From Marsupella aquatica (lineage: Eukaryota; Plantae; Marchantiophyta), in contig OZ316898.1 of the NCBI GenBank assembly GCA_973895155.1, positions 10,258,286-10,322,285 on the forward strand: a DNA stretch of 64,000 bases. Reading direction: 5' to 3'. Below, one piece after another: positions 35,092 to 48,981 of this stretch. Within the stretch, counting starts at the first letter, position 1; each line of letters begins with the position of its first letter. Position numbers and translations under genes: made by a program. Below the pieces are notes generated by a model. The model ran no database searches. It was not told the origin of the DNA and saw only the letters and a list, made by a program, of their open reading frames with translations.

Positions 35092-36785
35092 AAAATGATA
35101 TCTACCCGGGCCGGAGCGGGCAGCATGCAGCTTCGGGGCTGGGACGTGCAGTGTACAATGCCCCAGGAAAGTAAGGGCGCATTAACTTGACGTAAATTTA
35201 ATTGGCGGTGTCTGGAGGCTTACTCTAGAAGCCCATATAGACCCTAACTCTAGCTTCTTATTGGCATTGTTTAGTTATCTAGATGACGGATTAGGTTACA
35301 AAGAGACTAGATTGCTAATTAGTGCAGAGATGCTGTCCAACAGAGATAGGGTTGCAGAGTCCAAGGTGCATCCTTTGACATATTATTGGAGTTTAAAAAT
35401 GTATTTACCCCCTCTTAAACCACAACTACCCATATATAAGCATGAATTGTCCAAAAGACTTCTCCCCTTTCCACATCCCACTGACTTTTTGCCCCTAATG
35501 TGCTACCTTGCCCCACAATTTGAGGAAAAATGTGTTGTTTCTAGTGAAATTTGGATCCTATGGATAACCTGGCTCTTGATGGAAGAGGCAGGTGCGGTTT
35601 AATGATTTTGATTTTCTCTTTTAGACCCTCCTCTTAGGCCTGTATTTATTTGCAAATATTTTCCATCCTTTGCTAGAGTATATATAATTTTTATCCTTAT
35701 ATTCAAGTTATATTATACTAACATTTCTGTTTTCTAAGTTTTTGAGTGACTTACGAGTCACTAACAAACATCATTATATCATGAGGAACATGAAAGGTCC
35801 ACCACTTTTTTGAGGAGTCTTCATCTCTCATACGCTAAACACTGTCTTGCTTCCTACAAAAATGACATGTAGGATAAAACTGGAGTAAACACTTTGTACA
35901 GGAATAAGCAATCAGGAGGGCATAAGTACCAAGTCACCAAAAACTAATTTGTTCTTACTTTAAGGTGTTTAGTTTAAAAATCATCCTGACTCTAAAAAAG
36001 AATGATGAGTTATTGTTCTTAATTAACATCAAAATATTTTTGAACAGAAGACACTACAAGACAAATTACTTTCCCTTTTTTTGGTGGAATCTTCACACCT
36101 TTAGTTCTCTCAAAGAAAATTACTTTGCTGACTTATCTAGATAGGACTACTACTTTGCTGACTAATTTAATTCCATAGCATAGTCCTAAAAGCTTTTTTA
36201 TACCAATTGGGAAGGTTACATAAATTTGGAGCAACCTTATGGCCTGCTTTTGTTCCAAGTGGACAGCAACACTCGAGAGAAAAGTCAAGTAGGCATTGCT
36301 TTATCTAAAAATGGTTAGTGCTGTTCTCGGATGGTGGATCGAGTCAGCTATCCTTTGAGTTAACTTAATTCCAAAAATAAATAAAAGTAGTGATTCTTAA
36401 CAGTTGCTCATAGTCTTTTGCCTTGGACATTATAGGACTTTGCCTTCACAACACTTGCTCTGTCAAATGTCTCAGACTAGGATATGCTCGTGAACCCGAA
36501 GTTTTAATGTGCTTTTCTACTTTGCACAGCGGAGTGTCATTGAATTGACATACTAACGACGTCCTGTAGACGGGTTCCAGGGTCTTCCGCTAGCTTAATA
36601 ATTGTGCAGCGTGAGGGCTGGTCGTCGGGAGTCAAGTACAAAGGGGACTCGGAAGGAAGTCACTTGAGATTAAAATTGTAGAAGGCGATGAGGGGATGGA
36701 ATTCTAGAGCCTAATAAGGAGCTATGATGCACTGACAATGGTATACGCGTTGAGGAAAGACCGTTCAAGGAGTGTGTCCCGCGGA

Positions 36786-39700
36786 ATGAAGATCGTTTCA
36801 GGAGGAAGAAGCCTGGTTTCGCTTCGGGTCCTGTTCGTCACCTGCCTGGCGTGCGTTTCGACTGTCGGAGCTCAGCAGGGACCACAGGGTAAGTTTTCTA
36901 ATTTATAGTGCTGCTTCGCTTTAATTGACGGACGGTACGTTGAACGGAGGTCACAGGGTGAGGATGTTGATTAAATAGTACACCGCCATCCTCTGCTGCC
37001 TGGTTAACAATCTTCTTGCAGCTTACAGAGCTTCAAACCTAGAGAGTACGACCGGGCAGACATCGGTGGAATGTACAAGCATGCAACGATTTAGAAGTAA
37101 TATTCTGTAGCTAGGAGTAGACATTACCCAAGCGAGATTTATGACAGGTTAGACCAATCATGTATTAGGCCGCAAAACGGCAGAGTGAAAAAGTAAACAC
37201 TTCTATTGTAGTAATTATCGGACTAGAACATTGTTATCTAACGTACTGTATTTAGATCCCGAACCATGACGCAGGGCTAGCTTTGTGTTTCTCATCCCGT
37301 GCGAAACGCTATTCCCATGTTTTAAGAGAGGCTTGTTTCAAGAAATCCTACTGAACAGCCAATGACAATCGTCCAACACTGGGAAACATGCGTGATAGGA
37401 GCATGATCAAAAATTGCTCCGTAAACGTAGATTCTGATTGCAGGTCGAACTGGACAATGTGAGATTTCATCACCAGATTATTCACCATATGTTTGATTGC
37501 CCAGTTTTCGGATGAAGCAGTCAGAGATACAGCAGCGTGGAAAACGAACAATCATAATGATAGCTAAACCATGCTTACAAAATTCGAGTTGTATAGGAAT
37601 GTACAAATGCGAAGCCGCTTACAGGCAGTAGTTTGACTTCGGCTTCGATTTATTACAAGGTTGTACAATTTGGGGTGGTTCTAACTTATCCTAACGGTCA
37701 GATATTCATGTACTAGGCATTTAATTCCCTCTTTCGCAGGGTTTCTTAGCATTGACTGTGGGAGCGATGTAAGCTACTATGACAACAATACTGGAATCTA
37801 TTGGGAGGCGGATGCTAAATATATTTCGACAGGAAAAAACCAACAGATTGCCGTTGAAAGTACCGAGATCAACGAAAGGCAATCGCGGACCGCCAGAGTA
37901 TTTGACGGATCGTCAAAAACTAGAAACTGCTACGTGCTGCCTGTTATTTATGGGGAAACGTATCTTTTACGAGCAACTTTCTTCGCTGGAAACGTGACAG
38001 ACCGTACGCAAAACGTCTCTTTCCACATGTGGGTGGACAACGACTGGATAAATCAATACGTATGGCAACCTGCAGGTGACTTGCTCACTTTAACGTACCT
38101 AGAGTCTACGCTCTTGGGAATGCTCTGTAAACAGTAATACCTCATACAGCAATAAGGCTTGGACAAGTGTCCGCTAGTTTCTATCGTTATCATGGGTCTA
38201 GCTCGAAACGGTCTAGCTCAAAATGCCAGATCTGATATATGACGAGTTCAGTCTAGTCGATTCAGCTCTAGGCGACGAATTGAGTTGTTAGAGACAGTTT
38301 GGTGGTAGGGAGGTGATCGAAGTCATGAAAAGTGGCATAACTTCTGGAAGAAATAGGTTTCAATGATTGTATCCAATGATTAATGGTAGGTACTGGTTTC
38401 CAACTAATGTCATCAGCGTCTCGCAAAGTTTTCGATTTCGGCTGCTTGGGTTCTCCACTTCATGTACGAACCCGTTAAGTTGATAAGGGATGCGTAGAAC
38501 GGTAAAAGTTTGGGTTACTTACGGGACTAATACCGTAAGTTAAAACTGGTGTGCTGGAGATGTGGCTTGGAATTTTGGGTTAACAGCAGTGCTGTGCAGG
38601 TTCAAATTTTGACGAATCAACTTATGATGAGATTATCTATTCCCCTTCGAGAAGCCACTTAAACTTGTGCCTCGTTTTGGACCCTGCTGGATTGATTACT
38701 TTTATATCTGCGTTGGAGCTTAGACAGCTGGCAAGGGGTATGTATGCTTCTATTGTAGGGCCAACAATGTATCTACAACTGGCGAATAGATCTAATTTCG
38801 GACCAAACGACAGCAGCCCCGTCAAAATTTGGAGGTATGTCAACCTGAAATGCCTCTATTGATATTGATGATACAATCATCTTGTTCGAGAAGTCGTCGA
38901 GTCAAGAGTAGCACCCATTGACTCGTGTCACGCAATATGACCCTACCGGGACTGGAATATCCCATGAAGCTAACAAATCACTGGGAAGCACTTTTCGATT
39001 CTCACATAACGTTTGCCCGTCACTGGCTGATTGATCTACACTCTCAACCGTAACACCAACCCACAGGCCTTCTTGTTGAGTTCAAACGAGCCGTTTAGTT
39101 GGTTTGAGACGCCTTCGCTGCTACTGTGCACGGATGATTACGTGCAGGCGCGTTTCACATAATCACAAGTGTTACGATATATTAATTGGAATATTTCGCC
39201 TACAACGCCTCCAGACACCCATATATCGTTAAAAAAATTGGACATTCCGCAGGCCAGAACAAGTCTATCGTCGTGTGGTCGAAGATATACCAATGGCTAC
39301 ATAGTTGCAGTAATATATCGTTAAGAAGGCTTTTATCTAGTACGTCTGTTGAATCTTACTCCTTGCTCTACAGTTACTTACGTCTTGACATCCGATGATT
39401 CTTATCACAGGTACCCTGACGATGCTTACGACAGGATCTGGACAATGCCGAGTTTATACAGGAATACCTTCACATCAATACATAACAGCAGTATCTCCCT
39501 ATCGTCCAAATCTGTTGTTCATGACCCAGATCAGCCGCCATTATCGGTGATGGAGGATGCTTGGGTTGTACACGGGTCCAACTCTATTGTATATACGTTT
39601 GATTCTTTCGGCATGCTAAGTACTGCAATTTACGCTGCCGCATATTTCGAGGAGCTTGACGGCAAAGCTTCTGGCACCAATGTCCGCGGAATGAGTTACT

Positions 39701-42700
39701 ATGTTAATGGTAGTCTCATTCAGTCGTTCAACGTCACCAATGAACCGTTGGAGATTCAATTCGATTCAAGTTACGTCTTGGCCAATTCGCTGAACATCTC
39801 TTTTACAAAAGCCGCCTGGTCGAGCTTCGCACCGATCTTAAATGCCTTCGAGCTGTATACAAGTTGGGGTATCAACGCATCGACAATTGCTGTCGAAGAC
39901 GGTGAGTCTATCTGGACATCATTATTCTCTATTAGTTCACCCACATCAGATATTTTGTTTGTGACTGCATAGGAAGCTGCATGTCATTCTCTTAGATAGC
40001 TCAGCAATTGTCAAAGCAACGATACGTTCGTAGCGTCGTCAGGGATCTCAACTGGCTGCGGACCTCACTTGTGTAATTATACTGCATGGCAGTGAGCGCT
40101 ATCCATGCACTGCAAGACCACTTGAACTTGACGGACTGGACTGGGGATCCATGTGACCTCCCCGCACCAACATTTGATTGGTTGAGTTGTAGTGATGATT
40201 CTTTTTCAATCAAGCGCGTAACCAAGCTGTGAGTTTCTCTTCCAAGGTGTGAGATTCTCTTTTCATTTTACATAGACTTTAATACCTCGGACTATCATAC
40301 TGCAAAGTACAGTGGTCGTTCCATTCAAATTCCCATCTCTGGTATATTAATTATGTGTACACCATTAAGTTCATTTGACTTGTGAGACAAGAAACAGTCT
40401 AGCTTCTTACCTCAGAGAGTACGTAACTGTCTGCAGGAATCTGACAAATGGAGGGTTCGAGGGAAATATTCCATTGGAAATTTTAAATCTGACAGCAATG
40501 ACTGACTTGTATGTTTTTGCCCCATGATATTTCAAGCAGATTTCCTCGTGCTTGTCAAGTGAACAGATTGGAACCCTGCAGGAGTTAATGTGTAGGAGTA
40601 AATTGAGAAACTTAAGGACATTTTCATTCATGTATAGAGCTGAAATATGTATCTAGGTGACTAATTCCTAATTATCGGTTCATTGTTTTTTTCACCTCTG
40701 TCACAGTTTATGGAACTAGAATTGTCGATTGCTAATGTAACTCGACGAAGGCCAGTCATTCGAGCTCTTAATTGTGCTGAATTCTAACTCTTGCCTCTTA
40801 GCTACGTTTTGATAGTACATGGTAGCTAGTCAACGAGATCCCCGACCAGATGAGCTGGCCTAATGATGGGCTCCTTTAGTTATGGCTCTTAGTTGATATT
40901 TTCCTCAGGTTCCTCAACAACAACAGCTTCAGTGGCTCGATCCCAGACTTTAGTCCTCTTCCTCGTCTTCAAACTCTGTAAGTACTTGGCAGTCTTTTCC
41001 ACTTCGATCACTTGTTCACATGCGTTTTGATCTCTGTCGGACACCTGGTAGAATCTGTCGGTTCGTGGTCGAATTTTAATTCAGCTTAAAATCAGGTACC
41101 TAAACAAATAAGCGTACAGTTGACCGTTAAAGCAATCGAGGGTTATTTTATCGGTCGAACACCCGGAATAAGCCAATTAAATAATGTTGGAGTTTACGGC
41201 TCAGGATTTTCAAGTTTCCCTTAGTAGCTATTTTCCATGTCTAAAGCAATTAATGTATGTCACTGAGGCCCGATCCAAGAGGTCTTCCTACTAGAACTTG
41301 CATCATGTAACTAAGGTAACACTCTAAAGTTCGAGCTGATCATGAGCTGCCAGGAAAATGATTCTATGTCGAGCTATGTTGTATAAAGTTGATCTGTTCA
41401 ATGCGCTTTACTTCAGCTCAATTCATTAATACATGTGACACCGGATCGTGAAACTGTGCTGAAATGATGATATCAAACTCACTAGGTGTTCTTCTGATTC
41501 AATGCTTCGGACAAACCTACAGCACGTGGTCCACTGACCTTTTGGAATTAATCCTCTGCACTGTTATTGATTTGGTTTGTAGACGCTTGGAGAACAACAA
41601 TCTCAGTGGACCGGTGCCCTCGTATCTATTGACCAAGCCAGGACTTCAATTCTCGTCAGTACACACAAAATTTAAGCTTGAAAATTCTGAACATAGCATC
41701 CTAATTAATAGAACTATGGTCATGCCAATGTGTTCGTACCTTAGTACCTTGGCCAATGTGTTCCAGGCCTGATTTAAATATGAATATAATATTCCAAGCG
41801 GCAATATGCAACTATCTATTAATGTTGTGACTAACGCAGAGTCCATCCAGGGCCGAGCCGGACTTCTGCCGGGACTTCTACTGGATCACATTTAACTTTT
41901 TCTTAGTCTAGCTAAATAGTTACTGAGAATGAATAGCTTCTTAAGAAATTCTCCCGTGTAACACACACGTACTCGTGCTTGTTAACTTGGCTTACAGTTC
42001 CTTCCTGAATCGTTGAGTTGATACAGATTTTCGGGCAATCCTGGACTCTTCCTCCCGAGCAGTATCTCTGCAGCCTCCGGTAAAACCAAAGCTAGCGTTG
42101 GAGCTGTTGTGGGCGGCATTCTTGGCGGCCTAGCTGCAATAGCAATTGTCTCAACGGTCATGATATATATGTTCTTCACAAGGAAGAGACGTGCTGATGC
42201 TAAGATTTTGAGAGCCATAGCACAAGAAGGTCAGTACTCGAGACTTGCTATAAGCAATGATGTTACATCGTTCGTCAGATCTGGACATCGAACGAATACC
42301 TGTCAGTAACGTTAAATCGATAATTAGCACATGTGCTCTGCTCCTACATTCCACTTGTTTTCAGCTCCAGTGGTTTCAGGTGATGTTGGACCTACAGGTG
42401 CTACTTGAACTGAGATCCTGAGTATTTGTCCAGCTACCAATCGTTGTCTCCATTTGTCCAGAGTTTTCAGCATCGTAAAACCTTAATGTTGTTCATGACC
42501 CAGATCAGGCATGGAACCAAAATAATGTTGAATTCAGCAAATTACCTGACTTGGAATTTAGTAGAAGTACAATGCCATGCACGGATGAGAGAATTCGTAT
42601 ATGATAGAGCATGTGGTAAACAGTCCGAGTTATTGCCAAGCTCCCGCTGTTCATATAAAGCCTTTTTTTCGCACTGGGATATTGTGCAGAAAATCCAAGT

Positions 42701-44672
42701 CGACTCGAGTTTACCAAACTTAGAAAGACTTTAATAGGATCCTTGACCTCCCTAACCTTGCAAGAGGTAAGCAATGCGACAAAGAAGTTCTCGAAGAAAC
42801 TTGGCGAGGGATCATTCGGGCCGGTATATTACGGAAGGCTTCCAGATGGAACGGAAGTGGCTGTGAAAGTAAAGTCTGCGGATTCTCGCCAGGGAGAGAC
42901 CGAGTTCTTTAACGAGGTATGTTCGTCAGAGGATTTGTTTTCGGTCATGCTTGAGATTCCCAGATGTCCGTGTTTACTTCAAGTTTCAAAGGGTCAGGAA
43001 AGCTTTGGCTGAACATACATCATCTGTGCAATGTTGAAATTTGACCAACTGAGCACACGTATATATATATATATACCAGATCAATGAAAGCTCTTGCTGC
43101 ATGCTACTCAGCTCACAATGACTGTCGTATGTACGTACCCAGGTTGAGGTCCTCTCAAGAATACATCATAGGAACCTGGTGTCACTGGTTGGGTTCTGTG
43201 ACGATGCGAACCAGCAAATATTAGTCTACGTTTATGTATCAAACGGGGCTCTAAGGGACCACCTTTACGGTAAATTCAAATTTCCACTACAGCATTCATT
43301 ATTGGAGCATGTTATTTAAATAAGGTTATAATTAAGATCATGGACATTAAACGTGGAATGCTGGTTTCGATGCTGCAGGGGACAAGTCAAGCAATTGTCT
43401 GGATTGGATCACGAGGCTCGACATAGCTCTGAATGCAGCAAGAGGTGTGATCACATGACCGGCTTGAGATGGGTTTCAGATAGGAGATATGTATCCGTCA
43501 ATTCATAAGCATAGTACGTTTTTATCAGTTTGGAAAACTAAGATATTTACAAGCGCATCAAAAAGAAGAGCAGGGGTGAAGTTGTGCTTTTCGGAAATAA
43601 ACTGCTTAGAAACGGCTCCTACTCACATTTTGATGTGTTCTATTATATAACATAATAATTATCTCTTGTTATTCATAAATGTTTGAAGGGCTACAGTATC
43701 TCCATACAGACTGTGAGCCTCGAATAATTCATCGTGACGTCAAATCGACCAATATTTTACTTGACCATAACATGATGGCCAAAGTAGCCGACTTCGGGAT
43801 CTCAAAGCAAGCCCCCGAAGGAATGGTCACCGGTGTCGATACTCTACTGAAGGGCACGTTTGGCTACATGGACCCAGAGTATGCAAAACTGCTATCCGAG
43901 CTCTTTCATCCCCGCTTTCATCGTGCAAACACTGTGCTCGGATCTTAGCCCAAGATCCGTGACTTTCAATGCCCAATCTACACCGTCCTTCAATAGTTTG
44001 TTTCCAGCTTGCAGGTGAGAGCATATTGTTTCTCTACATGTTGAGCGACAAATCATGCTAATACTGATCCTCTGAAAATCCATGCAGATACTTCGACACG
44101 CAGAGGTTGACTCAAAAGAGCGACGTGTACAGTTTTGGAGTCGTTCTCTTAGAGATAATTTCTGGTCGATCTCCTTATTTTGCAGTACTTCCAGATGGTA
44201 CCAGTGGAACTCTCATCCAATGGGTATGTTATCATGACAAACCTGCGTTCAACGAAAATCTCGCGAAATCTAGGTCGATTAGAGATGAAGTTTAACTTAC
44301 TGTTGCAAAATGTATGTCAACATATACATGCAGGTGCGCAGCGCAGTGAAGTACGGGAGCCCGATGGATATTGTTGACCCGTCGTTAAAAGGAGAATTTA
44401 ACCAGGGCTCTATGACGACGGCTGTGTCCCTGGCAATCAGCTGCATCGACCCGCAAACAGCGAGAAGGCCTGAGATGGGTCACGTTGTGCGAACACTTAC
44501 AGACGCAATTCAATTGGAACCCTTTTCTAAGGGTATCATGAGCACTCGTTGTGACACTGATGCGTCTATTGCCGATGGCGACGTCAGGGCACGAGAACAT
44601 TTTCAAGGTTCTGAAATGAATTTCGAAAGTCCCCCCGGGTCCAACGATTCAACTTTTCTTTCACCCCGATAG
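36786..44672 (+). CDS. Malectin-like/LRR receptor-like kinase (LRR-I type), copy 2, intact, ~933 aa
   Basis: Exons 36786-36888 (signal peptide), 37740-38075 (GFLSIDCG), 38600-38834, 39411-39901, 40093-40228, 40437-40508, 40909-40977, 41583-41654, 42027-42229 (TM), 42690-42916, 43143-43269, 43379-43444, 43689-43878, 44088-44223, 44334-44672. Total 2802 nt with consistent phases; RD kinase motifs intact. Confidence 0.93.
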
Positions 44673-45983
44673 GTTAATTGTAGTTCTTTACTTAAGGGAC
44701 GTTTTCAAGCTAGCTGGCGCTTCAGTTATCGGAGGTGCACGAGGTCTTCGCAAATGTTCGTTTGGACAAAACTTCGGGCGGAATACTCAATTTCCCTTTG
44801 CCCCAGAGTTAGATAGGCTAGCGGTTTTCATATTTCCAAGAGTGCCCAGGGCAGCTCTTTGAATGTCTTTTCTTTTTGTGAGCTCTTTCAGGTCCCCAAG
44901 CCAAAGAGGCAACTCAAACTGAAAATTAAAAATGTGCAGATTCCAGCAATGCTGAACAATTCTCGCTGGATTTGTGAGTTCTTTCAAGTATCCAAGCCAA
45001 AGACGCAACTCAAACTGTAAATTAATAAGTGTGCAAACTCCAGCAATGCTAAACAATTCTCTTTGATACTGAGTCGCAAAGTTGAGCTTTGCACTTCTAT
45101 TGCAGTTCTGGAACATTGTAATCATCAGCAGTCAGTCACGAGGAGTTCTGCTGTGCTGCAAATTTAGTCTGTGCGCGTGACCAGCTTGGGTATCATTATG
45201 CTTCCCCGTAACCGCCTAGGTAATCGCACAACATGTGACAAATATACAAAGCACTACTATGTAACTGAGTGTTATTCAGGGTACACCTTAGATTGTCACA
45301 TGGCTGTGCAGAAGAGCGCGGGGACGCATGGTTCCTTATGTCACCTTGTGTGAAAAAGAAGATGCTAATAAGTATGCTCCTTGTGTGATGTTCTTAGATT
45401 ACTTTGTAAACGTTAGCCCTTTATAAATTCTGGTGAACGAGGTCATTTTTGCCACAAGAAAAACAAGCGCTGCCTCTGGGTGCTATAGAGGACCCAGATC
45501 AATAGGGAGGGATTATCTTTTCCTATCTTTTATAGGGAGGGTGGGAGGAAACGGAAACCAAGCCTAGCAGAACGGCCGCAACACTGGCAGGACTGCTAGG
45601 GCGAGGGAAAATTCTAAAATTCATTCATAACACCATGACAAAAAAAACCAAAATGGTCCGAAAGGCCAAAACCAGAGAGGAAACAGGGTATTTTTAAGGT
45701 TTGGTCTTTTTGCTAGGGTGGCAAACGGGGTGGCAAATGTCACGTTGTGTATACTAGGGGAAGATGCTAAGAATATTATTCACCTGATTTTCCTAGATTA
45801 ATATCTGAGTGTTACATCTCCCTAAATTTAAGGATCCTATATATCAGATTTTGGCTAATGGGCTGGGGCTAGGTGAGCAACTGGCTAATTGAAGACTTAG
45901 TTTTGCCCTCCAAGATTTATCTCCTTGCAGTTTTCTGTTCTTTATAGAGGAGAATGCACAGTCTAGATACTCCTACACTTTTA

Positions 45984-46829
45984 CAATTAGTTCGTGGACC
46001 TCTTGGCTAATAAAATCAGGGGGAAGAGTTGATCTGAGCCGTCTCCATTTCTTATCTCCGGATATCTCGTCCGTCCATCATAATGGCCAATCTATGGCTC
46101 AAAAGAAAGATCTCAAATAGATCTATGGATGGGTTCTGTCCGTTTTGAAAATGGGTTAATATTTTTCAAATGAAAAATTAAACAAATCCAAGCCTTCCTA
46201 GCCGTCGATTTTGTTGATTTTACGATCTTTGCCGTCCATTTTGTAATGCCTCTAGAAATCTTATTCATCCATGTTAGAAGGCGATCTAGGGTGCAAAAGA
46301 AAGATCTCAATGAGATCTATGACTGGATATTTTTTGTTTTGAGAATGAGTAAATAGTTTTGAGGATAAAATTCGATGAACTTTCAAGATTCCAGCCATTC
46401 CTCCTCCCTGATCCTGGGTTTCTATGTGCTCTTCCCAGCATTAATGGCCGTACACTACGAGAGGTCCTTACATACCGGGAGTTGCGGTTTAACAAGGAAG
46501 TTATCAAGTTAGTTATTAGTCATTATTTATTATATGAAAAATACTTTTTATAAATCTTTGAAATTAAGTTTTAAAATTGGAAATGTAACTAAAACGGTTA
46601 CATAGTGACAGTTTTAACCGTCTTGCTCTTTGCATTTCCAATGTTTTTACTTTTCTTTTTACGGCAGGGTGTCCCAAAATTTACACCCAAATTGACACAA
46701 ACACGAATGAAAATTATAAGTTTGATTCAGAAAACCGACGAGTCTTGTTTGTTGCGGTTGTTGTTGACGTGGCACGCTGTGGTGCCAGGAATTTTGGAAG
46801 GGACCTCTAGTGGGGTCCGTAAAAAATAG
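45984..46829 (+). mobile_element. MITE-like non-autonomous element, copy B (TA-flanked, possibly Tc1/mariner-pogo type)
   Basis: Near-identical to 25053-25923; TA at 45982-45983 and 46830-46831; imperfect TIRs CAATTAGTTCGTGGACCTC and CTATTTTTTACGGACCCC. Confidence 0.8.
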
Positions 46830-48816
46830 TAAGAAAAACTGCAAGAAAATCAAATCTCTTTGGGCATTATGGGCAATAAAAACCCCTCAAAACTCAAGCT
46901 AGAGCCTTGAGTTCTTTTTTCAGGGGATTTTGGCCCACATTGCCCTGTTACCAGCTAGGAGCTTACCATACTCACAAAGCTCTTGCTAATTTAGCAACCA
47001 GGGCTGTTCAGTGAGGCCCAATTTGGACACAAAACCAGCCTGAATTTATTTAAATTTTTTTTATAGAATTTGGTGGTTTTTTTTTTTTGTTAAATTTGTG
47101 TTTTTTTAATCAATACCTTTATTCCAATAAAACAAAGGGAAACCCAGCCTGAATTTTGAAACTCCAATTGAAGATGAAGGCCCCTGACCAACCACCTATA
47201 ACAAACGGCACCTTCACAGATTGAAAGGTATAGGGATGGTGAACAACAACTTACAATAAACCTATACAGCACAACCCAAGGAATACAAAGAGGGTCAAGC
47301 TGCCCAAAGCAGACTGAAACCCTGGCAGTGTCTACCCCTAGACACCCTTAACAAAAGGTTGTTACAGGGGCTCACTATATGGAGGATCATATATCATTTG
47401 CAAGGGTTTGGGTTATTTATGACCCCCCTTCACTTTCAATAAAGTTGTTCAACACCAACCATATGATCACACATGCATTTTTTAATTCAAAAACCTTGTA
47501 ATTCCACTAACACCTTCATCGGTCTCTCTCAAAATGATTAAAATGACCCTTTATTTTGTTGTATCTGATGTGCCACTTCCGTGGAAATGACCCCCCCAAG
47601 AAACTTGCCGAAATAAGTAACAATTACTCACATAGCAACTTACTGCAAAAAGGTGCAGGGTGACCCATCCCAAGAGGGGGTAATGGGATGTAATCACCGA
47701 TGGTGGTGAGGGCCCCATTATCCCCAACTGTAGATAAGTTACTGAGCCTAAGCCCCAAGTGACATAATTTGAAACATTCATCTCAACTTTACATGCCAAA
47801 ACTGTCATCTGTCACTATTTGCCACTTGCACCATACCTGTATTCTTGTTTAAATCCCCAGGCCAAGCTGCCACATGGGTTTCGTGGCTCACCCCTGGGGT
47901 TATGCCTCATAACCATCTATAAAAATACCAAATACACAAGGGGTTTGCAAAGCTAGCAACCAGAATAAGCAGCTAGGTAAGCCAAGCAGTGCGGGTGCCA
48001 AATGCCTCCCCATTCCATACAACAGCTTTTTACTAACCTGTCCCCCAAATCATCCCAATTTACAGATGTGCCCCCGGACGTGCCCCCGAAACAAATTTAT
48101 TTATCACCTTGCCCCCCATTTTGTATCTGGGTTAACTTTTAACTCACAATCGGGTTTAGGGTGTAACATGGCGAGTCGCCATAGGCTGATCTTAACTCAC
48201 CGGGATCCTAGGTGCACATTCAAATGTTGAGTTATTTATGGTCATCCTATTCTATGCAAGGGGGGGCATACTACAAAATGGAAAACCTTAAAACTTCCCC
48301 TGATTACGCCTAGGGTAACCCATGGCCCCATGAGCGTTATGGCTTGTAATCCCCAAGGGCCATGAGTTACCTTACATGTAAACCCCTCCCACAGTTTTTT
48401 CTTTGTATTTCTATGGATGGTTATGAGCCCATCCATAGAAATTCCGAGAGAATATTACATTACAGGCGGGTTTTACCACTACGGTATCAGACTAGTCTAG
48501 TAGGGGGTTTCAACCATGGGCCGCAAAAAATTCCAAGAGATGCCAAAGTGTTCTAAAAACTGTTTTGGCTCTCCTCTAAGGAAGAAATAAAGGGGATGAA
48601 TCTATTTTAATTGAGCCATCCCTTAATTGTACTGTTAAGGGCTCTCACCAGTTTCCTTTACAACTCTTGTGGGACAAGGCTGGGGTGACCTGCAAGGTTT
48701 CACTCGCTTCCTGCCCAAACCTAGAATATGGTATAACTAGTGTGTAAACAATACAGAGTAAATGTTACCGGTAGGTAACTAGTTCTAGTCCAGGCTCCTA
48801 TTCTCATAATCCAGTG

Positions 48817-48981
48817 CCCACCAATGTACAGTCGGGTAATCTTTTTCCGGACAACATTTATGCAGGGTGACCAAGGTCTCAGCAGGGTTTTAAACTGTAA
48901 GCCTACCCACCAATGTACAGTCGGGAAATCTTTTTCCAGACAACATTTATGCAGGATAACCAAGGTCTCAGCAGGATTTTA
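48817..48981 (+). repeat. Tandem duplication with an 89-bp period
   Basis: cccaccaatgtacagtcggg.aatctttttcc.gacaacatttatgcagg...accaaggtctcagcagg.tttta at 48817 and 48906. Confidence 0.85.
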
